64,000 nucleotides of DNA. Source: an uncultured Gemmatimonadota bacterium. Lineage in GTDB: Bacteria > SM23-81 > DAOVCL01. The position numbers were made by a program, and so were the translations under genes. Positions 49,003 to 58,639 of the stretch are shown piece by piece. Location: the NCBI GenBank assembly GCA_964626665.1, contig CAZVGK010000011.1, forward strand, positions 1 to 64,000. Direction: 5' to 3'. The number at the start of each line of letters is the position of its first letter. Positions within the stretch are counted from its first letter, which is position 1. The notes under the pieces are model-generated. The model was not told where the DNA came from and did not search any database. It saw nothing but the letters and a program-made list of their open reading frames with translations.

Positions 49003-50082
49003 TCACTTAACCATTATGGAAAAGCTATCTGACCAGGCATTGCCATCTTTATCTGTAATACTCAAGCTGAAAGTTATCACATGATTATATGGACAGTTGT
49101 CAGCAACAGTAAATACAAAGTAACCATAAGCTTCCCCACCAGCTGTTAAATCTACACCCAAAATATTCCATATATTATCAGAAATGGTTACATAAAGATC
49201 ATTCTCACTTAAAGTCGCATTTACCCTCTTCGCTGTGCTCGTCCCAGTGTTCTTTAGATAGAGATCTAAACCTATGGTCTCGCCCCTGTTTACTATCCCA
49301 TCCCCATTATCATCCGAATGAACCTCATAACGGGAGTATTCAATCTTTGCACCAGTCTGCTTGACCGCTACAGTGAAGCTATCTGACCAGGCATTGCCAT
49401 CTTTATCTGTAATACTCAAGCTGAAAGTTATCACATGATTATATGGACAGTTGTCAGCAACAGTAAATACAAAGTAACCATAAGCTTCCCCACCAGCTGT
49501 TAAATCTACACCCAAAATATTCCATATATTATCAGAAATGGTTACATAAAGATCATTCTCACTTAAAGTCGCATTTACCCTCTTCGCTGTGCTCGTCCCA
49601 GTGTTCTTTAGATAGAGATCTAAACCTATGGTCTCGCCCCTGTTTACTATCCCATCCCCATTATCATCCGAATGAACCTCATACTTTGAATATACTATTT
49701 TCGCCCCTTTCTTCGGCATTGCATACACAGGCTTTGACTTATGCCCGCCAAGTCCACAAGGATGAACTGATGCTACCTGGTAGGAATATCTCTTGCCTGG
49801 GGTTAGTCCCGTGTCTTCATAAAAGGTAGTATCAATAGTTACGATTTTCTTGTCTCCACGATAAACCTGGTAATTTTTAGCTTCAGATACAGTATCCCAA
49901 GTTAATGTGACAGATCCATAATCAGGCGTTGCTTTCAATCCCGCCGGCGGTGGCAGTAAAACTACATTTGAACTGGGATTGTTAGGATCAAGTGGATTTG
50001 TATGCTCTCGTTTTGAACATCCCAACAAAGTTATCCCAATTGCTAAAAGTAATATCGAAAGGTTAAATATCCTCTTACTCAT
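49003..50082 (-). CDS. Lipoprotein with FN3-like domain and two identical Ig-like domains
   Basis: LLGC lipobox, NPLDP, VTLTW..YQVYR; 49022-49329 identical to 49376-49683. Confidence 0.8.
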   Translation of the reverse strand: MSKRIFNLSILLLAIGITLLGCSKREHTNPLDPNNPSSNVVLLPPPAGLKATPDYGSVTLTWDTVSEAKNYQVYRGDKKIVTIDTTFYEDTGLTPGKRYSYQVASVHPCGLGGHKSKPVYAMPKKGAKIVYSKYEVHSDDNGDGIVNRGETIGLDLYLKNTGTSTAKRVNATLSENDLYVTISDNIWNILGVDLTAGGEAYGYFVFTVADNCPYNHVITFSLSITDKDGNAWSDSFTVAVKQTGAKIEYSRYEVHSDDNGDGIVNRGETIGLDLYLKNTGTSTAKRVNATLSENDLYVTISDNIWNILGVDLTAGGEAYGYFVFTVADNCPYNHVITFSLSITDKDGNAWSDSFSIMVK

Positions 50083-50099
50083 TTTTTGCTCCCTTTTTC

Positions 50100-50699
50100 T
50101 CAAAATCTGTAAGCAAGACCAATCGTGACTGTCCTGCCTTGCATACCAAAATTAGCATTTAGACCAAGCTTTTTCTCTGCAAAAGCATAATAGAACTTCT
50201 CAAACTGTTTTTTGTTATACGAATTCGTTGAAAAGTAAGCGTCAATGATATTCAGAGCCCAAATAGCAACACCTATTCCAAAATAAGTCCGAGAGGTTTT
50301 CAAAAGTTTTTCTGAGCCATCAAAGTATTTCTCAATGTCATCGATGTTATCGGCCGACTTATACTTGTCATATTTTTGGTTAGACTGCCTAAGAAAATAT
50401 ATTCCTCCTCCGATAGTAGTAAGCGCTGTTGTGGTAAATATCAGACCCTTCAATGACTTTTTAGCAGCAAATTGACCATACCCCGGTAGAATGCTGGATT
50501 TCACTATATTTGCTATGGGTTCTTGCTTCTGTCTCAGGAATGTGTCTAACTTACTACTTAATCGAGACAACCTCTGCCGTTCTTGTAGTCTTTCCTCTTC
50601 GCTTCCCCATTTTCTTAGCGGCACAAGGCCATTTTCTTGAGCCTTTAGGGGAGGGAAAATGAGTAACAACGAAATCATTTGAAAAACAAGGCATTTCAT
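50100..50699 (-). CDS. DUF5683-like membrane/secreted protein
   Basis: SSILPGYGQF, WALNIIDAY; AAGGAGG RBS. Confidence 0.65.
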   Translation of the reverse strand: MKCLVFQMISLLLIFPPLKAQENGLVPLRKWGSEEERLQERQRLSRLSSKLDTFLRQKQEPIANIVKSSILPGYGQFAAKKSLKGLIFTTTALTTIGGGIYFLRQSNQKYDKYKSADNIDDIEKYFDGSEKLLKTSRTYFGIGVAIWALNIIDAYFSTNSYNKKQFEKFYYAFAEKKLGLNANFGMQGRTVTIGLAYRF

Positions 50700-50710
50700 A
50701 ACCCCTCCTT

Positions 50711-52111
50711 TCATTCCACCATTACCACAAATGTCCTTAAAGAAATATCGGAATTAACCTTGATCTTGAAATTTCCAAACCATTTTGTTTTGATTCCATT
50801 TGCATTAATGTTATTGACAATAAATCTTGATACACTTCCAATCGGTATGTTTCCACCTGTGGCATCTGCAAGAAAAGAAAACAAATCATAGACATCCTGA
50901 TAGGCAGAGAAATAACTTGGGGCCATAAGTATTGTAAAAGAAAGTATGGCAGCATTTTTAGAAGAGCCCTCAGAAATGACCTCCACTATACTTATCCCCC
51001 CAGGAGAATTATACTTACGACTAAACTTCCCAGCATTTTCTTCTCCTTTTAGCCAGCAAGAATTTCCAAGGGAATACCCACGCATTTTTACCAAAATTCC
51101 ATTCTCAAAATCATATACAGTGCCGAACCTTAACTTCTTCGATATTTGGGCAAGCCTTTTCTTAACATACTGATCATTGGGCATATACTCAAGCGCCTCT
51201 TTATAATAACCTCTTGCTTCTCTCCATTCTTTGTGCTTATAAGCAAGGTCGCCTTTCTTAATAAAGAGAGAAAATCTATTATTCGCAAGAGCTTGCTCTA
51301 CTTTTGTAGGTATAATTCCATTCTTTTTTGCACTCTCTAATATCTCAATCGCATGTTCATAATCACCTTGATTTTTGTAAGTGAGAGCCCACATGAAATA
51401 GGCGCTTCCTTTCTTTATTTCTAATTCCTCCTTATAAGAAGTAGGGATTTTATCAATTTCAGAATAAGTCTGGATTGCCTCGTCGAATTTGTTGTTACTT
51501 AATAAGTCGTCTGCTCTGCGAATGTAATGTATAGCAATTTTATCCAATATTGTTTTTATTTCCCTGGGTAATTCCAAGTGAGATATATTACTTAGTTCTT
51601 GACATACTCCTAAACATTTCTGCTCTTTGTTTAGTTTATAGAAGCACTTTATCTTCAATAACAAAGCAGAAGAATATACCTCTGGATTACAATGAGTTTC
51701 ACCAATTAAATTAAGCTTTTCTATCGATTTTTGGTATTGGGCTTCTTTATAGTCCCTTTCAGCAAGTTTCAATCTGCACTTAGCAACCCAATTATCTCCT
51801 TTTTCAGAATTAGCAGAGTAGAACAATCTCTCAGCTGTTTCATAATCCCCTTCGTTATAATACCTATTTGCCAATTTAAAGTAAGCTTCTGAAAGTTCAA
51901 TCTGAGCCTTAACAGCATTCTCATTATGAGGTTTTTGTTTAAGGTATTCGGTGTAATCTATAATAGCCTCCTCATAATGAGAGGCAAGAAACGCCTTGTG
52001 GGCTCGTTCATAAGCGTTTTCAGAAGTATAACAATAGGAAATGCCTCCTATGAACAACAAAGCAAAGAATAAAGCAGAAAATGCAAAAATAGGAATTTTT
52101 TTACCCCTCAT
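50711..52111 (-). CDS. Exported TPR-repeat protein
   Basis: N-terminal hydrophobic segment and multiple TPRs; AAGGAGGAG RBS before 52111. Confidence 0.8.
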   Translation of the reverse strand: MRGKKIPIFAFSALFFALLFIGGISYCYTSENAYERAHKAFLASHYEEAIIDYTEYLKQKPHNENAVKAQIELSEAYFKLANRYYNEGDYETAERLFYSANSEKGDNWVAKCRLKLAERDYKEAQYQKSIEKLNLIGETHCNPEVYSSALLLKIKCFYKLNKEQKCLGVCQELSNISHLELPREIKTILDKIAIHYIRRADDLLSNNKFDEAIQTYSEIDKIPTSYKEELEIKKGSAYFMWALTYKNQGDYEHAIEILESAKKNGIIPTKVEQALANNRFSLFIKKGDLAYKHKEWREARGYYKEALEYMPNDQYVKKRLAQISKKLRFGTVYDFENGILVKMRGYSLGNSCWLKGEENAGKFSRKYNSPGGISIVEVISEGSSKNAAILSFTILMAPSYFSAYQDVYDLFSFLADATGGNIPIGSVSRFIVNNINANGIKTKWFGNFKIKVNSDISLRTFVVMVE

Positions 52112-52197
52112 AGTTCTCCTCCTTAAATTCAGCATTTTGAACCTTTTACCTTTGTCTCTAAAAGATGTCATCATCCTTTTGACTTTTTGCCTAATGG

Positions 52198-52854
52198 TTA
52201 TAAATACTGTCCCAAGAAATCTCTAACACCATACAACATTTCTTTAACTAAATCCGAGGTATACTCCGAAAATTTACCATGAACAGCATCATTCCTAATG
52301 CGCTTCCAAACTTTTATCCTTTCCTGAGTAAGTCTGTTGTAGGTTCGATCATCGGCAAGTTTTTGATTAAGAGAACTTATATCTTCTTTACTCTTGAGTT
52401 TAATACCGTTATTTTTAGCTATTTTTCTTAGCCCGTTTTCTAAAACTGCACCAATCAATGAAGCAGCTGGATCCTTACAACCTTGTTCTACTAAGTATTT
52501 AGCCATTTCTAAGAAATCTGTAAAAATATCTGCCGAAACCAAAGTTTCTAATTTTTGGAGGTATCCCCCCTCAATATCTTCTTTTGCTGCTTTCAAAATT
52601 GATTGACCTTGAAATGCGTGTAAATATAAAGGATGCTTACAATTCTGTTGGAATTCTTGAAAATGGGTACTATCATTTCCCAATACGACCTTCAGAAAAG
52701 ACAAAGCTCCTGCTTTCCATTGATAAAAAGGATCGTTATTAACATACTCCTCCTCAAGTTGTGTATCTACACGTTTTGTTGATAATACTCGTTCTCCCAT
52801 TTCTATCAATTGGTTTAGTCTATCTTTTAATTTTTCATAAAGCATGTGAGTCAC
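52198..52854 (-). CDS. HEPN domain (DUF4145-like) protein
   Basis: AAASLIGAVLE-like helix (DPAASLIGAVLE) and Rx4H motif RNDAVH. Confidence 0.75.
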   Translation of the reverse strand: MTHMLYEKLKDRLNQLIEMGERVLSTKRVDTQLEEEYVNNDPFYQWKAGALSFLKVVLGNDSTHFQEFQQNCKHPLYLHAFQGQSILKAAKEDIEGGYLQKLETLVSADIFTDFLEMAKYLVEQGCKDPAASLIGAVLENGLRKIAKNNGIKLKSKEDISSLNQKLADDRTYNRLTQERIKVWKRIRNDAVHGKFSEYTSDLVKEMLYGVRDFLGQYL

Positions 52855-53295
52855 CTCTTAAATGATTGCTGTTAAGCTTTCGTATAACAGGGTGACTGGT
52901 AAGCGAAGTTCCCTGGAGAGAAAGTTTGTTTTCACCCCTGCGAACTGGGACGGAATAGGGGATGTCCATAAAATTATAAAAAACTGCTCTCCTACAGATC
53001 AAGCTTTGCCTCCTTAGCAGTTTACCTGATAGATCCTCTCATTTAGGGAGAAAAAGGGGATTTGAGACTTGTTCTATTGATCGCTTCCGCTGTTAGCTCC
53101 CCTATCCCCAGGAATCAAGCTTTCCCTTCACATCGTCACAATAACCAAGAACTGTCTGAAAGTCAACCTTTTTTCACTGAAAATTGAGAGTGGAAAGTGG
53201 AAATCTGAAGCCGACGGCTTAGCCATTAAGGCGAGTACTGGATAAAACAATGGAGATTGGGTGAACGTCCAGTAAGGAGGGACGACGAGTAAAGA

Positions 53296-53518
53296 GGGAC
53301 GTCCATAAAATTATAAGTTGACAAGTGAGCCTGGAGCCTATCTTGCTATTGGTGGTGAGAGAATTTAATGTGAGGGCAACAGCTTTTGCTAAGAAGCTGA
53401 GGCTTTCCCAACCCGCAGTGAGCATCTCTGTAAAGAAGAGGGAAGCATCCTCAGTTCCCCAGAAGGAAAGAGATTTTAACTGTTAGAGGGATGTTTTTTA
53501 TAATTTTATGGACGTCCC
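53296..53518. mobile_element. Non-autonomous element with 21-bp inverted repeats and a RAYT/Y1-transposase-like HTH tail
   Basis: GGGACGTCCATAAAATTATAA at 53296-53316 with its exact inverse at 53498-53518; inside reads VREFNVRATAFAKKLRLSQPAVSISVK; third copy at about 52958-52980. Confidence 0.55.
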
Positions 53519-53562
53519 CTTATCCTATTACAATTTTTATCTGAAGTAATGCCGCGATTGAT

Positions 53563-54480
53563 TTATTGATACTCAGGGAAGAAACTTGCTAAATTCGTCC
53601 CTCCGATGTAAACATCACATAGTAATCGTCCATTTATGATCCTGATAGGATCTACCAGGTCAACAATGCCATTAAATTCTAATATCAGCTTCTCTAATTT
53701 CTCCTTCGCTGACTGATAATCAGGTCGGCCTTGTTCGGGAGGGTTGTACCCATCAGCTATTACTATGTCGCCCTTCTTGTCTCCTAAGTTCCAGTTAGGC
53801 GAAACCTTCAAGGTATCTACATCAACCACTTCAGTTACTTTGAACGCAGTATCGTTAAGGAGTCCATACTTTCTTCTTACGGGGTGTTCCGGGTACGTGA
53901 AAGAAAACAGGGGGCCTTGTTGATGGAGACCCATCTTTACCATCATAGATCGAAGATCTTGAAGCATTGAGATGATTTCAGCGTTGCTTTTTTCTAGAGG
54001 GTTCTCACTTTGACGAAGTGATTTAAGGTCAATTGCGACTGAGATCGGAGAGTCAACTTTAGTAGGATCTTTTTCAGTAGAACGAATCTGTCTGATCAGT
54101 TCTTCTTTGCAGTTGGCTACACTATCTAAATCTTGATGGTCAACATGAATCGTTCGCGTTGGAGCAACGTCAAAAGGAATGGATTCACCGGATTTGATAA
54201 TCTGAACTATTGGCTTTTTGACCATGTGCCGGATGGCAAGTTCATAGAATACATTAGGATTTCTGCCGGTTAGATCAGCGATGACGAGATCATCATCTAT
54301 GAGACGCTGAATCACTTGTGATGTAATGATCCCTGGTTCTGATATTTTATCAGCACGAATAGCGTTATATCCACATTCCTCAGCTGCAGGTTTGATTATG
54401 TGCGTCAATACCTGATCAGAACGACGTCTGATTTCGCTTCCTTCATCACCGATTGGGGCAATCACAAAACATGTCTTCAA
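53563..54480 (-). CDS. Nucleoside deoxyribosyltransferase/TIR-like domain fused to an SNase-like domain
   Basis: KTCFVIAPIG, AIRADKI, IADLTGRNPNVFYELAIRH, IPFDV; C-terminal FKVTEVVDVDTLKV..GYNPPE..AKEKL..GRLLCDVY. Confidence 0.7.
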   Translation of the reverse strand: MKTCFVIAPIGDEGSEIRRRSDQVLTHIIKPAAEECGYNAIRADKISEPGIITSQVIQRLIDDDLVIADLTGRNPNVFYELAIRHMVKKPIVQIIKSGESIPFDVAPTRTIHVDHQDLDSVANCKEELIRQIRSTEKDPTKVDSPISVAIDLKSLRQSENPLEKSNAEIISMLQDLRSMMVKMGLHQQGPLFSFTYPEHPVRRKYGLLNDTAFKVTEVVDVDTLKVSPNWNLGDKKGDIVIADGYNPPEQGRPDYQSAKEKLEKLILEFNGIVDLVDPIRIINGRLLCDVYIGGTNLASFFPEYQ

Positions 54481-54546
54481 TTTTTCTTTTTCTTTAGCTA
54501 TAGGGCTACCTCTTCGATAATGCTATTCAGTGTCAGCTGTTGTCAG

Positions 54547-54792
54547 CTATGAGACTAAACCGATAGGAATCGCTGCGAAAAGAAGGACGTGAGCGCAGTT
54601 CTTGCAAATGATCTGGACCATCGGAACTGTTGGCCCACCGAGTTTTATCTTGCCAGTGGTATAAGGGAGAGCACTCACAATATCCCCAATCGCCCAGCTA
54701 TTTGTGGTGCAGATAGGGCAGTTCGGTAAAACTCCTTTTGATTGAAGCCACTTTTCTAGCTTCTCTTGTTGTTGCTTATCGAGCGGCATCAT
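54547..54792 (-). CDS. Small zinc-ribbon protein
   Basis: CPIC and CKNC pairs; AGGAG RBS. Confidence 0.7.
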   Translation of the reverse strand: MMPLDKQQQEKLEKWLQSKGVLPNCPICTTNSWAIGDIVSALPYTTGKIKLGGPTVPMVQIICKNCAHVLLFAAIPIGLVS

Positions 54793-55234
54793 TTTCTCCT
54801 TTCCATGTCAGTGTGATGCAACAGGCTCGTGATATATCTCTGCAGAATAAAGTTAAATTCCTCTACCGTGTCAAGAACTTTTCTCGATAGCCAAGAAACA
54901 ATGAGCAAAGCTTATGAAAATAATCGATAATATCTTAGCAAATAAATTAGTCAAGAAACACATCATAAGACCTCTAATCAAAGTCATTGCTCAAGATGGA
55001 GAATACGACTGTCTGAGCTTTTACAGTCGGGATTTATTACTGGGGGCGTAGATTGCATGTCATTGCGGTGAGCCGTAACTCAGAATGAAGTGAGGCAGCG
55101 GGGCAGAGTCTCAAAACACTGAATGGGGGGTGAGACCAGGAGATCGTTCGCGGGGTTCTCTCACTTGTGCACGGGACAAACCTCGCAATGACACTTGAAA
55201 TACCAATGTGCAAACTATAATGTGCCCAGTTTAA

Positions 55235-55440
55235 TAACAGATCACGATTGTTTAGGAGTCGAACTACCCAGGATCGAAATGAAATATTGTTCTGACGGTA
55301 GATTGAGAGTCCACAAGAGAGGAATGAAAGAAAAAAATCTAAGCTCAGACGAAAGCGATGCTTTTATGTTAGCCTTCTTGGAATTTGGTAAGAAATGTGC
55401 AAATTTTGACTATGAAGGTAATGGGGGGGACTTGGTGAAA
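55235..55440 (+). pseudogene. Terminase-like remnant (copy 2)
   Basis: TDHDCLGVELPRIEMKYCSDGRLRV..SSDESDAFMLAF, a diverged repeat of 47649-47850. Confidence 0.45.
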
Positions 55441-55507
55441 GCTTTTGGGAAGATGAAGATTAGACTGAAACTTCTGAAGCTTCTTACCGACCTCGGTCTT
55501 AAAGTAT

Positions 55508-56032
55508 TTAATCGGGCCTTTGAACAATCAGTGAAGGCACTTCTGCTACCTGAGCAAGTAAATTCGTGTATTCGATTAGCACGCTGCGGACATCGTTTAG
55601 AACTTGTCGTAGTTCTTCAGATTTATCCCAATGTCTTTCGTGGTCTAAGGGAGAAACGGACCTCTCTTTCGTGCTTTCGTAGTCGAGGAGTAGAGGATGC
55701 CATTTCGCTAGGACTGGACGTAGCACAACATTTAGGATGGCTACAGCGAGATAGCCAAATGATAAATTGTCTTCGCCTTTGGGTTGTGCAACGGAAGGAC
55801 CATATCGGCGTAGGATCTTTCTGGTTGTGTCAAAGAGTGTGTAAAGTGAAGAAAGTGCTTCCCGAAGCAAACCCTCTTGAGGTTTTAATTCTGCTACTGA
55901 AATACGAGTAATCAGTTCAACATACATCTCCCAAGCTGCTTTTCGCTCACTCTCATCGGGTTCCCAGATTCCTTCGACTCCGCCAATGTAAGGCAACTTA
56001 AGGCTGACTTTCACACTGGTAAGCTTTGCCAC
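55508..56032 (-). CDS. Helical hypothetical protein downstream of the TIR gene
   Basis: GTG start with GGGA RBS 13 nt after the TIR stop; AAWEMYVELITR, LRPVLAKWHP. Confidence 0.75.
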   Translation of the reverse strand: MAKLTSVKVSLKLPYIGGVEGIWEPDESERKAAWEMYVELITRISVAELKPQEGLLREALSSLYTLFDTTRKILRRYGPSVAQPKGEDNLSFGYLAVAILNVVLRPVLAKWHPLLLDYESTKERSVSPLDHERHWDKSEELRQVLNDVRSVLIEYTNLLAQVAEVPSLIVQRPD

Positions 56033-56045
56033 AGTTTTCCCTTTC

Positions 56046-56585
56046 TTACGGACATGTCTTGTTGTACTTAAACCTGTCACGAGGATTCACAATAAAATCT
56101 GCCCTACTGGTGCGCGATTGGAAGGCATCTTCAATGCAGTTAGCCAGAGTATCCTTCCGCTGTGGATACCAGTACCATCGGGCATATCCATCACTGTTTT
56201 CATCCTTGAGGTTCATGCTCAGGCGCTCAGGTGGTTTTGGTTTTTTACCCGCTGAAGGGAGCACAATTCCCAATAATCCGTTAGGTGTTACTGTCCTTCC
56301 GTGCCGGAGCGACGCTTGTATCTCCCAGTCGACATAGCGACGTGCCCAAGTACATTTACCGATTAACACGATAGTCACAGTGGAGTCTTTCAAGTATAAG
56401 TCTTTGATTCGTTGCATGACGTAGTCTGTATCGTCACTATCAATGATATCTTGTCCCATATCAGCTTCAAGCACTCGGGTAATAAAGACTTTGCGCTCCT
56501 GGTCGAAGGTATCAATGAATTTCTTTAGTTCACCTTTGTCATCCTTGTGATGCGATATAAACACTTTGCGTCTTATTTCACTCAT
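56046..56585 (-). CDS. ThsB-like TIR protein (MTH538/DUF1863 type)
   Basis: RRKVFISHH, YLKDSTVTIVLIG..TWARRYVDWEI..SL, NGLLGI. Confidence 0.85.
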   Translation of the reverse strand: MSEIRRKVFISHHKDDKGELKKFIDTFDQERKVFITRVLEADMGQDIIDSDDTDYVMQRIKDLYLKDSTVTIVLIGKCTWARRYVDWEIQASLRHGRTVTPNGLLGIVLPSAGKKPKPPERLSMNLKDENSDGYARWYWYPQRKDTLANCIEDAFQSRTSRADFIVNPRDRFKYNKTCP

Positions 56586-56645
56586 TTTAACACCCCCTTC
56601 TCTTTGTTGTTTGATGAAACAATGCCACACAACAAGACAGTGATG

Positions 56646-57773
56646 TCATTTCTCTATTAGGAAGAGGTATTCCTGGTTCTCTTGTTTCTCTTTAGGAACC
56701 CACTCGTTTGTCCATCTCATCGTTGCCATAACATTTCGGCGGTAGTCAATTTTGACAGATTCCAACACCTTCCCTGATCGAGCCAGCACGCCATGAAGCT
56801 CCTGGGCGGTCGCTCTGCCGCCCGAACTATACGACAGCAGAACATATTTCGACCGTGTCCGCTCAAGTAACCGTTCAATTGCTTGTACTGCGATAAAACG
56901 ATCATTATCACTTCTCCTAAATTCCTCAAACTGTGAGTTTGTTACTTTATCAGAAGAGTCAACTCTTCTATTTGCCTTGCCAAATAGCTCAGGGCGATCA
57001 TTAAGGCAAATCGTTGTCCACAAATGATAGTATGCAGCGTATCTTACTCGCGAAGGTGGCATTTTCTCGTTATTCGAACCGTACGGTGGGTCAAAATACG
57101 ACAAATCCGCATTCACCTGATCTACAAGATTGAAAATGTCACCGCAGTAGACTTCATGCTCTTCAGCCGAGTCGATAAGAGTCGGCACTTTTAGTTTCAT
57201 GACTTTGTATGATCTTGGCGCCCAATTGCTCAAATATGAAGCAAAATGTCCCAATGTATTGTCTACCTCGTCGAGAGCTAATATCAGGCTGGTCAACAAC
57301 ACTGATTTTTCAATCTCCCCCAAGTTCATTTCATCAATTTCACCACGGATCGCGTCTAGCTTTCGTGTGTTATGGACTTGCCATGGTTTCTTTAGGCCAT
57401 CAGCTTGAGATGACCGTCCGCCATTTGACAGACCGCCATAATGCTCTGTGAACCAGCCGTCTTTCCCGGGTAAAGCATTCAAGTAGTCAATTAGTTCTTT
57501 GTAGTATGCTCTGTGCCTTTTGTTCTTGAGATAACATAAACCGAATACCTTAGACCATACGGCATGGTCATTGGCTATTACTCGGTAGCCAAGTCGAGCG
57601 AACGCTTGCGACACACGTGTTGTACCTGCAAATCCATCGAAAACTGACCGAGGCTTAACCTTCTGGACAATTTGCAAGATATACGGTAGAAGCCGCAGCT
57701 TTGACCCTACATACTTGATACCCTCTGTATACGGGTAATCGACAACTATATCAGGAAATAATGAGGGGGTCAT
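56646..57773 (-). CDS. DNA adenine methyltransferase
   Basis: KYVGSK, FDGFAGTTRV, YFDPPY, LLSYS. Confidence 0.9.
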   Translation of the reverse strand: MTPSLFPDIVVDYPYTEGIKYVGSKLRLLPYILQIVQKVKPRSVFDGFAGTTRVSQAFARLGYRVIANDHAVWSKVFGLCYLKNKRHRAYYKELIDYLNALPGKDGWFTEHYGGLSNGGRSSQADGLKKPWQVHNTRKLDAIRGEIDEMNLGEIEKSVLLTSLILALDEVDNTLGHFASYLSNWAPRSYKVMKLKVPTLIDSAEEHEVYCGDIFNLVDQVNADLSYFDPPYGSNNEKMPPSRVRYAAYYHLWTTICLNDRPELFGKANRRVDSSDKVTNSQFEEFRRSDNDRFIAVQAIERLLERTRSKYVLLSYSSGGRATAQELHGVLARSGKVLESVKIDYRRNVMATMRWTNEWVPKEKQENQEYLFLIEK

Positions 57774-57778
57774 ATCTA

Positions 57779-58639
57779 CTAATCCTGCAAATGCGACATA
57801 TCCTTCTGAGCTTGTATATCAGCCTTCAGGCTTTCGAGCGCCCTCTCATGCCCACTAACCGTTGAGACAAGAGCATGGGCAAAGAGCTTCACAAGAAGGA
57901 GGTTATCAGAATAGTCAATCCATCCACCGGTGACACTATTGAAGTAGTTCACGGCATTCGTCGTGTGTGTCCAAAGTCCTCTTTGTAGTGCGTTCGCGGA
58001 TGCGTCACCGTAGCGCACTTCACAGATATATCCTCCCCCGTTGTCGTAAAAGCGAAAAACAGCATGCTTTCTCCTCCCCGTAGCCTCTTCGTATCTGATT
58101 TCGTGCGTGTTTTGCCTTGCCTGATCAAAATCAAAGACCATGATGTTACAACGCTTGTTTCGTTCGTCGTAGATTAGCGGCAACACGTTGATGTTGCCGA
58201 ACTCATTAAACGCGGCATCGTCGAAAATAGCTGGGATCGTATTGCCTGCGATTATTGCTTGTTCTTCCTGTTTGAGTCTTGGAAACATCCTGAAATTCTT
58301 GTCTGTAGAAAGCTGCAGCGGTCCGACACCGTAAGCCTTCAGACTGATGGTGAAGTCGATATCATGAATTTCATTGGTGATTCGGATATCTTCCTCGTGT
58401 TCTTTGGCTCTATACATATCCTTCCCAACATGAATGGATTTGAAGTCATACATGTACTGATTCACGAATTCAGACACCCCTGTTTCGGCTAAGTCACCGT
58501 GAGTTTTGTTTCCAATGAGGCGCATTGTGAAAATGTTGCTCAACGTCACTTTGATCAGGTGAGGGTTTTTACCTATCAAGTGTGTAAACCTTTTGATGAA
58601 ATCTAAATACGCTTCTTTGTCTGTCATGATTTTTTGCAC
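57779..58639 (-). CDS. Putative type II restriction endonuclease
   Basis: Directly upstream of the MTase; HGDLAE..EEDI..ISLKAY fits a PD-(D/E)XK-like layout. Confidence 0.6.
   Translation of the reverse strand: MQKIMTDKEAYLDFIKRFTHLIGKNPHLIKVTLSNIFTMRLIGNKTHGDLAETGVSEFVNQYMYDFKSIHVGKDMYRAKEHEEDIRITNEIHDIDFTISLKAYGVGPLQLSTDKNFRMFPRLKQEEQAIIAGNTIPAIFDDAAFNEFGNINVLPLIYDERNKRCNIMVFDFDQARQNTHEIRYEEATGRRKHAVFRFYDNGGGYICEVRYGDASANALQRGLWTHTTNAVNYFNSVTGGWIDYSDNLLLVKLFAHALVSTVSGHERALESLKADIQAQKDMSHLQD

Noticed and set aside
49022-49683. Repeat pair as a diversity-generating retroelement TR/VR
   Set aside because: The copies are identical with no adenine-specific differences, and there is no reverse transcriptase in the window.
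55195-55911. 238-aa plus-strand ORF
   Set aside because: It is a chimera of a repeat, the terminase-like remnant and the antisense of 55508-56032.
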